Shown piece by piece: positions 1 to 10,294 of a stretch of DNA of 64,000 nt. The position numbers and the translations under genes are program-made. How positions within the stretch are numbered: the stretch's first letter is position 1; each line of letters begins with the position of its first letter. Origin of the DNA: an uncultured Acidobacteriota bacterium (GTDB lineage Bacteria > Acidobacteriota > Blastocatellia > RBC074); the NCBI GenBank assembly GCA_963796275.1, contig CAWCKY010000003.1, forward strand, positions 96,001-160,000. The letters are read 5' to 3'. A model generated the notes under the pieces. The model searched no databases. It saw nothing but the letters and a program-made list of their open reading frames with translations, and was not told the origin of the DNA.

Positions 1-416
1 ATGAATCCGTAAGTCAGGTTTCCCGAGAGACTGCGGATAACCCGGCACAGAGCCCGCCGATCGTCGAAGCCGCTCCCGGCATCGCCTACATCGGCATAGA
101 GGATTTCACCAAAGTCGAGCTGCGAGTGGGCGAGATCAAAACGGCTGACCGTATTCCGAAAGCCGATAAGCTATTGCGGTTCACGATCGATCTCGGTGAA
201 GCGCAGCCGCGCCAGATTCTGGCCGGGATTGCACAATACTATGAGCCCGAGAAATTGGTCGGGCGCAAAGTGATCGTAGTGGCCAATCTTGCGCCGAGAA
301 AATTACGCGGCCTCGAGTCGCAGGGGATGATTCTCGCCGCATCGATTGGCGAGGAAGGAAGGCCTGTACTGGCGGGATTTCTGGAAGAAGTGCCCAATGG
401 TGCGAAATTGAAATAG
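1..416 (+). CDS. metG: Methionine--tRNA ligase, C-terminal tRNA-binding (OB-fold) domain; 5' truncated by window
   Basis: Frame is open from nt 3 (...IGIEDFTKVELRVGEIKTADRIPKADKLLRF..., VANLAPRKLRGLESQGMILAA), the typical MetRS C-terminal domain; tatD lies downstream. Confidence 0.92.
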   Translation, partial: ESVSQVSRETADNPAQSPPIVEAAPGIAYIGIEDFTKVELRVGEIKTADRIPKADKLLRFTIDLGEAQPRQILAGIAQYYEPEKLVGRKVIVVANLAPRKLRGLESQGMILAASIGEEGRPVLAGFLEEVPNGAKLK

Positions 417-439
417 CTTCAGTTTCTAGGAGATTTCGG

Positions 440-1819
440 ATGAACGTCGGTCAGTGGATACGCGGTCGCCTTCCGGAGTGCGCAATCTTCGTTCTGGGCG
501 TTCTCCTTCGACTGACGATGGTTTGGCAGTACCGGGCGGAGTGGGGGTACGATGGGCAGGAACACTTGGATTACGTGGATTGGCTCTTCAAGCATTGGAG
601 TCTCCCGCCTCATGAGGATATACGCCTGGCCTTTCATCCGCCGCTATACTACACAGCAGCTGCGGGTCTGGTTAAGCTAGGCTCGACCAATCAAGGAATC
701 ATCTGGCTGTCGATTGCCTGTGGCACCGTCCGGCTCGCCTTGATCTGGTGCGGACTCGAATGGTATCTGCCGCGGCGCTGGGCGCGCATTGCTGCCCTGG
801 CGCTCGTCGCCATACTCCCTTCATCTATTCACATCGACGGCATGGTCTCCGGAGAGACGATGAGCGGCATGTTAAGCGTTGCTGCGATGCTGCTGTGGCT
901 TAGAATATTTCGGGCAACCGGGCGACAACGCTGCCTGCTCGCTTGCTCTCTGGGATTGGTGCTGGGGCTGGGCCTGCTCACAAAGGTTTCGGTGCTAGTC
1001 CTGCTGCTTGCGTTCGGGATCGGCGTTTCGATCGATCTGTTGCTGCCGTCCGGAACGGTCGATAGACGAGCCTGGTTAAAGACGCTGTTGCCCTGGCTAG
1101 CCACGTTGGCCATCTGTCTGGCGGTCGCCGGCTGGTTCTACGCGCGAAATGTGGTGAAATATCGTAGGCCGTTTTTCACAAGCTATGAGACAACGCAGGC
1201 CTGGGTGGTGGCCGATTCGAGTCGTCTGCCATACATGGATCGTCGCAGCCTCGGTTTCGTTTTTGCCTGGGATATGTCCATCTACCGATTTCCCTATTAT
1301 CCGGTTGGCCTTCAGCAGCACGCGCGGTTCTTTCCGGTCGCTTTGGCATCGACCTTCGTGGACTACTATAACTACTGCTTCTCGGGACTGTGTCTCGATC
1401 AGCAATTTGAGGGGGGCTTGCTGGCCAACGGTCGCCCATTGACGCCCCGGCTGGTCACGCTGTCTCGCGGCGCCGTCCTCGGTGGGACCATCATTCTATT
1501 GGGAACGCTGGCTGCCTGGGCGGTTTGCCTGCGGTGGACATACCGTAAAGACTGGGGTCTGTTCGCGGTGCTGCTCGTGCCGCTGTTCACTACAATTTTC
1601 ATGCTCTTCTACGCCATTAAGTACCCTCACGATTATATGGGTATCATAAAGGGCGCCTACATGCAGTTCGGTACGGCCCCGCTTTACGCGATGTTCGGTG
1701 TGTCAGTCGATTGGGCGCGTGCGCGGCTCTGGCGTTGGCCAATACTCGTGGTCTTGTTGCTGGGCCTAGGTGGTGTCGCCGCTTACACATTCTTCTGTCG
1801 ATCGGGGCTATTGCCCTGA
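440..1819 (+). CDS. GT-C fold membrane glycosyltransferase (ArnT/PMT_2, GT39/GT83-like), copy 1
   Basis: 459 aa with many hydrophobic helices; acidic residue after TM1 (GYD), FHPPLYY motif, GLGLLTK motif. Confidence 0.8.
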   Translation: MNVGQWIRGRLPECAIFVLGVLLRLTMVWQYRAEWGYDGQEHLDYVDWLFKHWSLPPHEDIRLAFHPPLYYTAAAGLVKLGSTNQGIIWLSIACGTVRLALIWCGLEWYLPRRWARIAALALVAILPSSIHIDGMVSGETMSGMLSVAAMLLWLRIFRATGRQRCLLACSLGLVLGLGLLTKVSVLVLLLAFGIGVSIDLLLPSGTVDRRAWLKTLLPWLATLAICLAVAGWFYARNVVKYRRPFFTSYETTQAWVVADSSRLPYMDRRSLGFVFAWDMSIYRFPYYPVGLQQHARFFPVALASTFVDYYNYCFSGLCLDQQFEGGLLANGRPLTPRLVTLSRGAVLGGTIILLGTLAAWAVCLRWTYRKDWGLFAVLLVPLFTTIFMLFYAIKYPHDYMGIIKGAYMQFGTAPLYAMFGVSVDWARARLWRWPILVVLLLGLGGVAAYTFFCRSGLLP

Positions 1820-1852
1820 ATTGCACGCCTGCGCCACGCAATGGTGATGAGA

Positions 1853-1913
1853 GAAGGCCTGTGCAGGAGGGATTTCCAGAAGAAATGCCAAATGGGGCGA
1901 AATTGAAATAGCT
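1853..1913 (+). repeat. Degenerate copy of the metG 3' end (matches 358-418)
   Basis: 53/61 nt identical by manual alignment; encodes ...RPVQEGFPEEMPNGAKLK* versus metG ...RPVLAGFLEEVPNGAKLK*. Confidence 0.9.
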
Positions 1914-1926
1914 ATAAGTTTGATAG

Positions 1927-3321
1927 ATGACCTCAGCGCTGATGAACCTGAATCCGTTGATACTCGGCCGCCTTCCCGAGTGCGCAATCTTTGTAGTGGG
2001 TGTGCTCCTACGTCTAACGATGGTTTGGCGGTACCCTGCAGACTGTGGGTACGATTCGTACGATCACTGGGATTACGTGGAGTGGATCGTCCATCACTGG
2101 ACCCTTCCGCCGCTGGCCGAGATGCGCGAGGCCTTTCATCCTCCATTGTACTACACAGCGGCTGCGGGTTTGGTTGAGCTAGGATCGACCAGGCAAGGAA
2201 TCATCTGGCTGTCGATTGCATGTGGCATCGTCCGGCTCGCCTTGATCTGGTGCGGACTCGAATGGTATCTGCCGCGACGCTGGGCGCGCATCGCTGCCCT
2301 GGCGCTCGCCGCCGTGCTCCCTTCATCCATTCATATCGACGGCATGGTTTACGGCGAGCCGCTGATCGGCATGCTCAGCGTCGCAGCGATGCTGCTATGG
2401 CTCCAAGTGCTCCGGGCAACCGGGAGACGGCAATGGCTGCTAGCCTGCGTATCGGGACTGGTGTTAGGGCTGGGGTTGCTCACCAAGCTATCAATGCTGG
2501 TCCTGCTGCTGGCGTTCGGAATGGGAGTATTTCTCGATATGTTGTTGCCATCCGAACCTGTCGATTGGCGGGCACGGGTAAAGGCACTATTGCCCTGGTT
2601 GGCCACTTTAGCCACCTGTCTGTCAGTCGCCAGCTGGTTCTACGCACGAAATGTGGTGCAATATCACAAGCCTTTTCTCACTAGCTTCGACACTACTGAG
2701 AAATCGTTGTTGGCCCGATCAAACCACCTGCCCTACCTGGATCGTCGTAGGCTGGGTTTCGTCCTTTCCTGGGATATGTCCATCTACCGACTCCCCTATT
2801 ACCCGGTTGGGCTTCAGCCGCACGCGCGGTTCTTTCCGGTCGCTTTAGCCTCAACCTTCGTGGACTACTACAACTACTGCTTCTCGGGACTGAGTTCCAC
2901 TCAGCATGTCGAGGGAAACCTGTTGGCCAACACACGCCCACTGACGCCTCGGCTGGTGGGTTTGTCTCGCGGCACCGTCCTCGGTGGAACCATTATTCTG
3001 ATGGGGACGCTGGCTGCCTGGGCGGTTTGTCTGCAGAGGACCTTCCGCAGGGACTGGGGTCTATTCGCAGTACTGCTAGTTCCTCTGTTAACCATCCTGT
3101 TCGCATTACACTTCGCCGTGCAGTACCCTTACGACGATTATGGTGTTATCAAGGGCGCCTACCTGCAATTCGGGGCAGCCCCACTGTACGCAATGTTCGG
3201 CCTGGCTGTCGACTGGGCAAGCTCAAAACGCCGGCGCTGGCCGATATTGGCGATTTTGCTGCTCGGCCTGGGTGGGGTCTCTGCGTATACCTTCTGCTGC
3301 CGCACAGGAGTGCTGCTCTGA
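1927..3321 (+). CDS. GT-C fold membrane glycosyltransferase, copy 2 (paralog of 440-1819)
   Basis: Colinear with copy 1; identical blocks such as RLALIWCGLEWYLPRRWARIAALAL and HARFFPVALASTFVDYYNYCFSGL. Confidence 0.8.
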   Translation: MTSALMNLNPLILGRLPECAIFVVGVLLRLTMVWRYPADCGYDSYDHWDYVEWIVHHWTLPPLAEMREAFHPPLYYTAAAGLVELGSTRQGIIWLSIACGIVRLALIWCGLEWYLPRRWARIAALALAAVLPSSIHIDGMVYGEPLIGMLSVAAMLLWLQVLRATGRRQWLLACVSGLVLGLGLLTKLSMLVLLLAFGMGVFLDMLLPSEPVDWRARVKALLPWLATLATCLSVASWFYARNVVQYHKPFLTSFDTTEKSLLARSNHLPYLDRRRLGFVLSWDMSIYRLPYYPVGLQPHARFFPVALASTFVDYYNYCFSGLSSTQHVEGNLLANTRPLTPRLVGLSRGTVLGGTIILMGTLAAWAVCLQRTFRRDWGLFAVLLVPLLTILFALHFAVQYPYDDYGVIKGAYLQFGAAPLYAMFGLAVDWASSKRRRWPILAILLLGLGGVSAYTFCCRTGVLL

Positions 3322-3347
3322 AATTTTGGCGGAGAGCGAAAGACATT

Positions 3348-4121
3348 ATGTTTATAGATTCCCACGCACATCTGGATGTACCGCAATACAATGCGGACCG
3401 CGAGGAAGTTATCGACCGGGCGCGGGCCGCAGGGATCGATACTATGCTGGAAATCTGCGGCAGCGACATCGCGAAGGGATCGCTCGATGTCGGAATGAAA
3501 CTGGCCGAAGAATATCCATTCATATATGCCGCCGTGGGCGTCCATCCGCACGAGGCGAGCCTGTATGACGAAGCTCTCGAGCGGAGACTTCTCGAGATGA
3601 GCGGAAAAGAAAAAGTCATCGGCTGGGGAGAAATCGGCCTCGACTACTACTACGATCACAGCCCCCGCGATGTGCAGCGCAAGGTTTTCAGCAGACAGAT
3701 AGAGCTCGGAACGAAATGCAATCTGCCCATCATCATTCACACGAGAGACGCGGAAGACGATACTATAACAACGCTGCGGGATGCCCCGCCCGGCACAATC
3801 GGCGTCATCCATTGCTTCACCGGAACCAGAACGCTCGCGGAGGCTGCGCTCCAGATGGGCTTTTACATTTCATTCTCCGGAGTAATAACCTTCAAAACCG
3901 CAGGCGATCTTCGCGAGGTTGCCAGGTATACGCCCATCGATAAAATTTTGATTGAGACCGATTGCCCGTACCTCGCTCCCGTGCCCCATCGCGGAAAACG
4001 TAATGAACCGGCATTCGTAATAGATACCGCGGCCAAATTAGCCGAAATCAAAGGCTCAAGCATCGATGAGATCGCCCATATCACCAGCGCCAACTTCAAA
4101 CGGCTCTTCAAATTGCAATAA
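3348..4121 (+). CDS. tatD: TatD family metal-dependent hydrolase/DNase
   Basis: MFIDSHAHLD, GVHPH, GEIGLDY, IIHTR, IHCFTG, ETDCPYLAP motifs; start moved to ATG 3348 from the ORF-track 3027. Confidence 0.93.
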   Translation: MFIDSHAHLDVPQYNADREEVIDRARAAGIDTMLEICGSDIAKGSLDVGMKLAEEYPFIYAAVGVHPHEASLYDEALERRLLEMSGKEKVIGWGEIGLDYYYDHSPRDVQRKVFSRQIELGTKCNLPIIIHTRDAEDDTITTLRDAPPGTIGVIHCFTGTRTLAEAALQMGFYISFSGVITFKTAGDLREVARYTPIDKILIETDCPYLAPVPHRGKRNEPAFVIDTAAKLAEIKGSSIDEIAHITSANFKRLFKLQ

Positions 4122-4576
4122 GTTCCGCACTCATCCCAAATCTGCCGTATCAGAGATTTGGCGCTTTATCCACTAAATCAAATTGTGCCCACCCATTATC
4201 TCGAGCTTATATTTATTACCTTCGTTGCAAGCTCGAACCCAATGCTACTCCCCCGATGCTACCCCTAAGATATCTTTTCGATCTCTACACTCAGCCCCCT
4301 GACCTAAACCATTATCAGGTGACGCAAGAAATAGTAATGATCTGCATAACGCGCCAAAGCGCCCATAATTGGAACTCGCCGAGAAACTGGATACACACAA
4401 TCGGTCATTCATTCACTTTTACATGACCGTTAAACAGCGACATATCCACCCGCGAGTCAGCACTAAACATTGAGGAATATGAACGAATTCGAAATGCTGT
4501 CGTATGCGTCATGTTAGTAATAGGCGCGCGGCGGCTGAGTCTAACGTTTGCCGTAGGCAATGGAGAGAGAGTATCT

Positions 4577-4837
4577 ATGCAAGAAATAATTTTTACAGAA
4601 TCGCAATATTCACCTTTCTTGGAGCAACTGCAATTTTTTGTTGATGAGGTTCCTAACGAGGTTGATCCTCTACCTATTGATGACATAGACGATTTCAACA
4701 TCGATTTGAGTAACCAAGTAAACTGTGCGGTCACATTTTTTATGGAACACGAAGGATACACGCGTGAAGAGGCGTTGGCTCTTGTGGAGAATTTTCTCGA
4801 TCGTGGAAATCGACCGCTATCGGCAGAAACCCGATAG
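4577..4837 (+). CDS. Small acidic hypothetical protein (~86 aa)
   Basis: ATG preceded by purine-rich GGAGAGAGAG; protein-like composition (MQEIIFTESQYSPFLEQLQFF...); no family recognised. Confidence 0.5.
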   Translation: MQEIIFTESQYSPFLEQLQFFVDEVPNEVDPLPIDDIDDFNIDLSNQVNCAVTFFMEHEGYTREEALALVENFLDRGNRPLSAETR

Positions 4838-5212
4838 AAAGCGCTGCCGATCCGATCTCTTTCGCGGTTGTTGAGCTTCTTGATAAATAAAAGCGACTTC
4901 AAGATCACCTTTGGCGGCATCCGCGGCGTTTCGAATTTGTTCTCCTCTCCCATCTTGAAAGCCTCGCTTCTCACGAGATATCAGTAATCAATTTTTTGTG
5001 ATGGATTGAGCCGCGAAGCGAAGCGGGCTGATTTGGTGAGAAGCTGATTACCTGAAGACCAATAATTGACCTTGAGCCGAAGCTCGTCGGAGTATCAAGG
5101 ACTTGGAGCAGCCAAGCCGCGCAGCAGGAGATGCTCCTTGACACCAGCGGAAGCTACTGGTTCACACTGCTAAGTTACCGACTGCGCCTACCTTCTTCCT
5201 CGCCGCTTCCAT

Positions 5213-5871
5213 CCGAAAAATATCGATGAAATGATGATGACGCTTGGCGCGTTATAGCTGAAAACGAAAACATTGATCGAACCATCCGCGTCAATGCCGG
5301 ATTGCGTAGACTTAGAGCGGAGGGTAAGATTGGAGGTGGTGAGGAGATATACGGATATAGCAACGGAGATCCCGTTAACTGACAATCTGCGAATTCAAAG
5401 GTGGGGTTGTCAAACAGATTTTCGATTTATGCATTCAAAGATTCGTTCTCCAGCGATTGCGGTAGACTTGAACATACGCGACATAAACACTCCGTCACAT
5501 CCGAGTAGAAACCACAAGCGGTTAAGTGGAAAAGAGAAGAATTAGCGTATCCCACGCAAGCGCGCGCATACACAGGACAATTTATTGACGGAAAAATTTC
5601 TGTGAAGAAAGTTGACGGAGTTGTGAGAAAGGTAAACAATCCCGAATCAAGCTACGTCAATCCAACCATTCTCACAATCATTGATGCAAAGACATTCGAA
5701 TCCGCGCAAAAGACAAGATACCAGAGGATCCCGACCCACTCCTGGCCAAAGGTTGCCGATCTCCGTACATTCCGCCAAGTCTTGGAAAAGTTTGTGAAAC
5801 GGGTCACAATATACTCAGTCAAGAAACGCGAGCGAAATTCCGAATTGACGGGGTTATTGACGCAGAATTAG
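5213..5871 (+). pseudogene. Decayed large serine recombinase/integrase fragment
   Basis: One frame reads IAENENIDRTIRVNAGLRRLRAEGKIGGGEEIYGY (helix-E/GG..YGY signature), then KW...AYTG...TIIDAKTFESAQ (recombinase domain end); in-frame stops at 5380 and 5506, frameshift near 5250. Confidence 0.65.
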
Positions 5872-5903
5872 CAATTTCATTAAGTGAGCAATATCTGTGA
5901 ATT

Positions 5904-6404
5904 ATGGCACAGCAAAACACCTTCGATATCGTTTCTAAAATCGATCACGCTGAAGTCGTCAACGCCATCAACCAGGCGATCAAGGAAGTGCAGACGCGGT
6001 TCGACTTCAAGGGCAGCCAGAGCAACATTGAAGTGGAAGGGAATGAGTTCATCATTCTCACTTCGGATGACGAATACAAGCTTAAGAGCTTGAATGAGAT
6101 CCTTCAGTCGAAACTGGTGAAGCGAGGAGTACCGCTCAAGGGATTGACGTACGGGAAAATCGAACAGGCGCTAGGTGGTACGGTGCGCCAGCGCATCAGC
6201 CTGCAGCAGGGCATTCCGCAGGAGAACGCCAAGGAGATCGTTAAAGTCATCAAGGATACGAAGCTCAAAGTGCAGGTTTCGATCCAGGGCGACTTCGTGC
6301 GCGTCAGCGGAAAAGATCGCGACACATTACAGAACGTCATTTCCGCCTTACGCGATAAAGATTTCGGAATCGATATGCAGTTTACTAATTACCGGTCGAA
6401 TTAG
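5904..6404 (+). CDS. yajQ: YajQ family nucleotide/c-di-GMP-binding protein
   Basis: FDIVSKID..EVVNAINQ..KE...RFDFKG, QGDFVRVSGKDRD.LQ, C-terminal QFTNYR. Confidence 0.95.
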   Translation: MAQQNTFDIVSKIDHAEVVNAINQAIKEVQTRFDFKGSQSNIEVEGNEFIILTSDDEYKLKSLNEILQSKLVKRGVPLKGLTYGKIEQALGGTVRQRISLQQGIPQENAKEIVKVIKDTKLKVQVSIQGDFVRVSGKDRDTLQNVISALRDKDFGIDMQFTNYRSN

Positions 6405-6409
6405 GACGG

Positions 6410-6450
6410 TTTTCAGATTTCAGCACTGAGTCGATCCTGAAATTTGAAAA
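6410..6450. repeat. Intergenic inverted repeat (REP-like hairpin)
   Basis: TTTTCAGATTTCAG (6410-6423) pairs with CTGAAATTTGAAAA (6437-6450), one G-U. Confidence 0.6.
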
Positions 6451-6466
6451 TCGAAGACTAGTCATT

Positions 6467-7483
6467 ATGGCAAAGATTCTATCAGTATCTTCCCCGCGTC
6501 AAGCGCAGACAACCGCCGAACGAATCTTCCACCTGATCCACAAAGAGATGCTGGCGGTCGAAGACGAGTTTGAACATCAAGCGAGATCCAACATTCAAAT
6601 CATCGCCCATATTGGGCGTTATCTGCACCAGACCGGAGGCAAGCGGATCCGCCCGGCGCTCCTGATACTCTCGGCAAAAGTTTTTTGTGAGGAAGTCGAC
6701 CCTTCAATAATACAGATCGCGACGGTCATGGAGTTCCTCCACACGGCGACGCTTGTCCATGATGACATCATTGACGGCGCCGATATGCGGCGCGGCCGCC
6801 AGGCCGTTTCCAGCCAGTGGGGAAATGACACCGCCGTTCTGATGGGTGACTGGCTTTACATGACGGCTTTTGAGACCGCGTTACAGCAACGCAATCTCGA
6901 TATCCTCGACACTCTCACCGAAGCGACGCGTAAGATGACCGAGGGGGAATTGATCCAGCTGACATTGATCGGCAAGATGAGGATCACCGAAGAACAGCAT
7001 CTGGACATCGTGAGCCGCAAGACCGGCCATCTATTCAGCGCCAGTTGCCGCGCCGGCGCCATAATGCGCGGAGCCGATGAAGAACAACGCCGGGCGCTCG
7101 CGATTTACGGCCTCAACCTCGGCATCGCCTTTCAACTTGTCGATGATCTGCTGGATTTCACATCCGATAGCACTAAACTAGGCAAACCGGTGCTGAGCGA
7201 CCTGCGCGAAGGCAAGGTCACGCTGCCGTTGATTCGCTTACTTAAAAACCATCCGAACTGCGCGACGGCCGTCCGGGCCGCGATGGAAGAACCAGCCGGA
7301 GCGACAGAGCGCGCAGAAGATGTCTTGGCTTTGCTCGCCGAATATGGTGAACTAGAACAGGCTCGCGATGAGGCCTATCGCTACGCGGCCCGCGCGCAGG
7401 ATGCGCTCAATATATTCTCGGACAATAAGTACCGGCGCGCTTTATACGACATAGCTCAATATATTGTCGAACGCGATAGATAA
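6467..7483 (+). CDS. ispB: Long-chain polyprenyl diphosphate synthase (IspB/HepT-like)
   Basis: GGKRIRP, LHTATLVHDDIID (FARM), FQLVDDLLD (SARM), GK.VLSDLREGK. Confidence 0.85.
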   Translation: MAKILSVSSPRQAQTTAERIFHLIHKEMLAVEDEFEHQARSNIQIIAHIGRYLHQTGGKRIRPALLILSAKVFCEEVDPSIIQIATVMEFLHTATLVHDDIIDGADMRRGRQAVSSQWGNDTAVLMGDWLYMTAFETALQQRNLDILDTLTEATRKMTEGELIQLTLIGKMRITEEQHLDIVSRKTGHLFSASCRAGAIMRGADEEQRRALAIYGLNLGIAFQLVDDLLDFTSDSTKLGKPVLSDLREGKVTLPLIRLLKNHPNCATAVRAAMEEPAGATERAEDVLALLAEYGELEQARDEAYRYAARAQDALNIFSDNKYRRALYDIAQYIVERDR

Positions 7484-7563
7484 TTTGATTGCTGAATGAG
7501 GAAGAAGTGGGTGGAAAATAATATCCCCTTTAATTCCCCAATATCTGCAATCGGAAAAATCGT

Positions 7564-8088
7564 ATGATGGACGACACAGCCATAGCGGCGCTTCAGCGGT
7601 CGCTCAGTGAAAACCGCGAGGCAAAGCGCAAAATCAAAACGCGCCTGGCCGAACTGGAAGCCGAAGCGGAAATGCTCCGATCTCAATTGGCGACTTTCAA
7701 TGCCGTTATCGAGCAGACTGAGCTGGCTCTTCGTCGCGTGCTTTTCCCCGACGATAAGCCGAGCAAATATGATCCGATCGAACTTCGCGCCACTGAAGCC
7801 GAAATAGAGGCCGAGGTCGCTAAGATCGAGCGGACAGAGCAATCGAGTAATGTTAGATTCAATGACTTTCGCATCCCACAGGCGGCCACCATCATCTTGC
7901 GCGAAGCCAACACTCCACTTCACGTGAGCGAAATCTACCGCCGTATGGCCGATGGCGGTTACGAATTTCGCGGGCAGCATCAATTGATAACACTCGCTGT
8001 CTCATTAAGCCGCAGTAAACGCTTCCGCAAAGTTGCACCGGGAACTTTCGAACTGAATCCCGACTATCAGACAGGGCAGGTAGCATGA
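7564..8088 (+). CDS. Hypothetical protein: N-terminal coiled coil plus C-terminal winged-helix (HARE-HTH-like)
   Basis: Heptad-rich N-terminus; C-terminal ILREANTPLHVSEIY...SLSRSKRFRKVAPGTFEL. Confidence 0.65.
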   Translation: MMDDTAIAALQRSLSENREAKRKIKTRLAELEAEAEMLRSQLATFNAVIEQTELALRRVLFPDDKPSKYDPIELRATEAEIEAEVAKIERTEQSSNVRFNDFRIPQAATIILREANTPLHVSEIYRRMADGGYEFRGQHQLITLAVSLSRSKRFRKVAPGTFELNPDYQTGQVA

Positions 8089-8155
8089 TGTTGGAGGGAC
8101 AAAGATATCCCGCCACGCGACTATCCTTCGCTCTCCTCTCTCCCGCAAATAATGT

Positions 8156-9153
8156 ATGAAGGCGATGATTCTAGCAGCAGGATTTGGCACGCGGCTCTGG
8201 CCGCTGACTGTCGGCCGGACCAAGCCGGCTATTCCTTTCCTCAATCGACCGCTCATCGAATATACGATCGAGTACCTGCGCCGCCACGGCATAGAAGACC
8301 TGTTGATAAATCTTCACCATGAGCCGGAATCCGTGATCGAGCAGATCGGTGATGGCTCGCGTTATGGGGTGAAGATCACCTACTCCATTGAAGAGCCGGA
8401 TATTCTCGGAACATCCGGCGCGCTCGATCGCACGCGGCATCTGCTCGATGCCGATACATTCATCGTCATCAATGGAAAGATCATAACCGATATTGATCTC
8501 AATCCGGCTCTGGCAGCTCATCGCAACTCTAAGGCCATGGCAACGCTCGTCCTCCGATCGAATACGAATCGAGAATATTTCAGGGAAGTTAAGGTAGGTG
8601 AGGATGGGCGAATTGCCGAATTCGCCAGCTTTCCCGATCGCAATCAGGACTCCGTAGCTCGCCATACCCCCTTGATGTTCACCGGCATTCACATTTTGGA
8701 GCCGGCTATCTTCGACTACATCCCGCAAGGCATATTTTCAGATTCTGTAAAAGACGTATATCCGAAAGCCATGGCCGAGGGAGAATTTATCGCGGGGCAT
8801 GTCGGTGAGGGATCGTGGTTCGAACTCAGCACGCTCGAACGATATCTAACGATCAGCCTCGAATTTATGCAGCGCCGGAGGAACGATATGAACGCAGGGC
8901 CCGGTCTTGTGATGGGTGAGAGCTGCATCATAGAGCCCGGCGCAACGGTTGAACGATCGATCCTATGGAGAGGCGTGCGCATAGAACGCGGCGCAAAAGT
9001 TACTGAGTGCATCATCGCCGATAATGTAGTCATCCCACAGGACGCAGTATTTCATCGCGCAGCCATCGTTCGCGCTGAAACCGCCACCAGTGACCGTCCG
9101 GAAAAAGCTGCGCCGAGCGAATTAAGGGGCGATAACCTTGTCGTGCATTTCGG

Positions 9154-9157
<4 letters not shown>
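8156..9157 (+). CDS. NDP-sugar synthase / nucleotidyltransferase (MurU/mannose-1-P guanylyltransferase family)
   Basis: [27 protein letters not shown]-terminal hexapeptide-like repeats; adjacent to an AmgK-like kinase. Confidence 0.85.
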
Positions 9158-10284
<1,127 letters not shown>

Positions 10285-10294
10285 AAAAATTTTT

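Noticed and set aside
1711-1911. 66 aa ORF ending like MetG
   Set aside because: Mostly overlaps GT copy 1; only the tail is the duplicated metG end, so not a gene
3027-3347. 107 aa N-terminal extension of the TatD ORF
   Set aside because: Overlaps the GT gene in another frame; TatD homology begins at MFIDSH (3348)
4405-4974. 189 aa minus-strand ORF
   Set aside because: Antisense to the better supported acidic ORF; Ser-rich and motif-free
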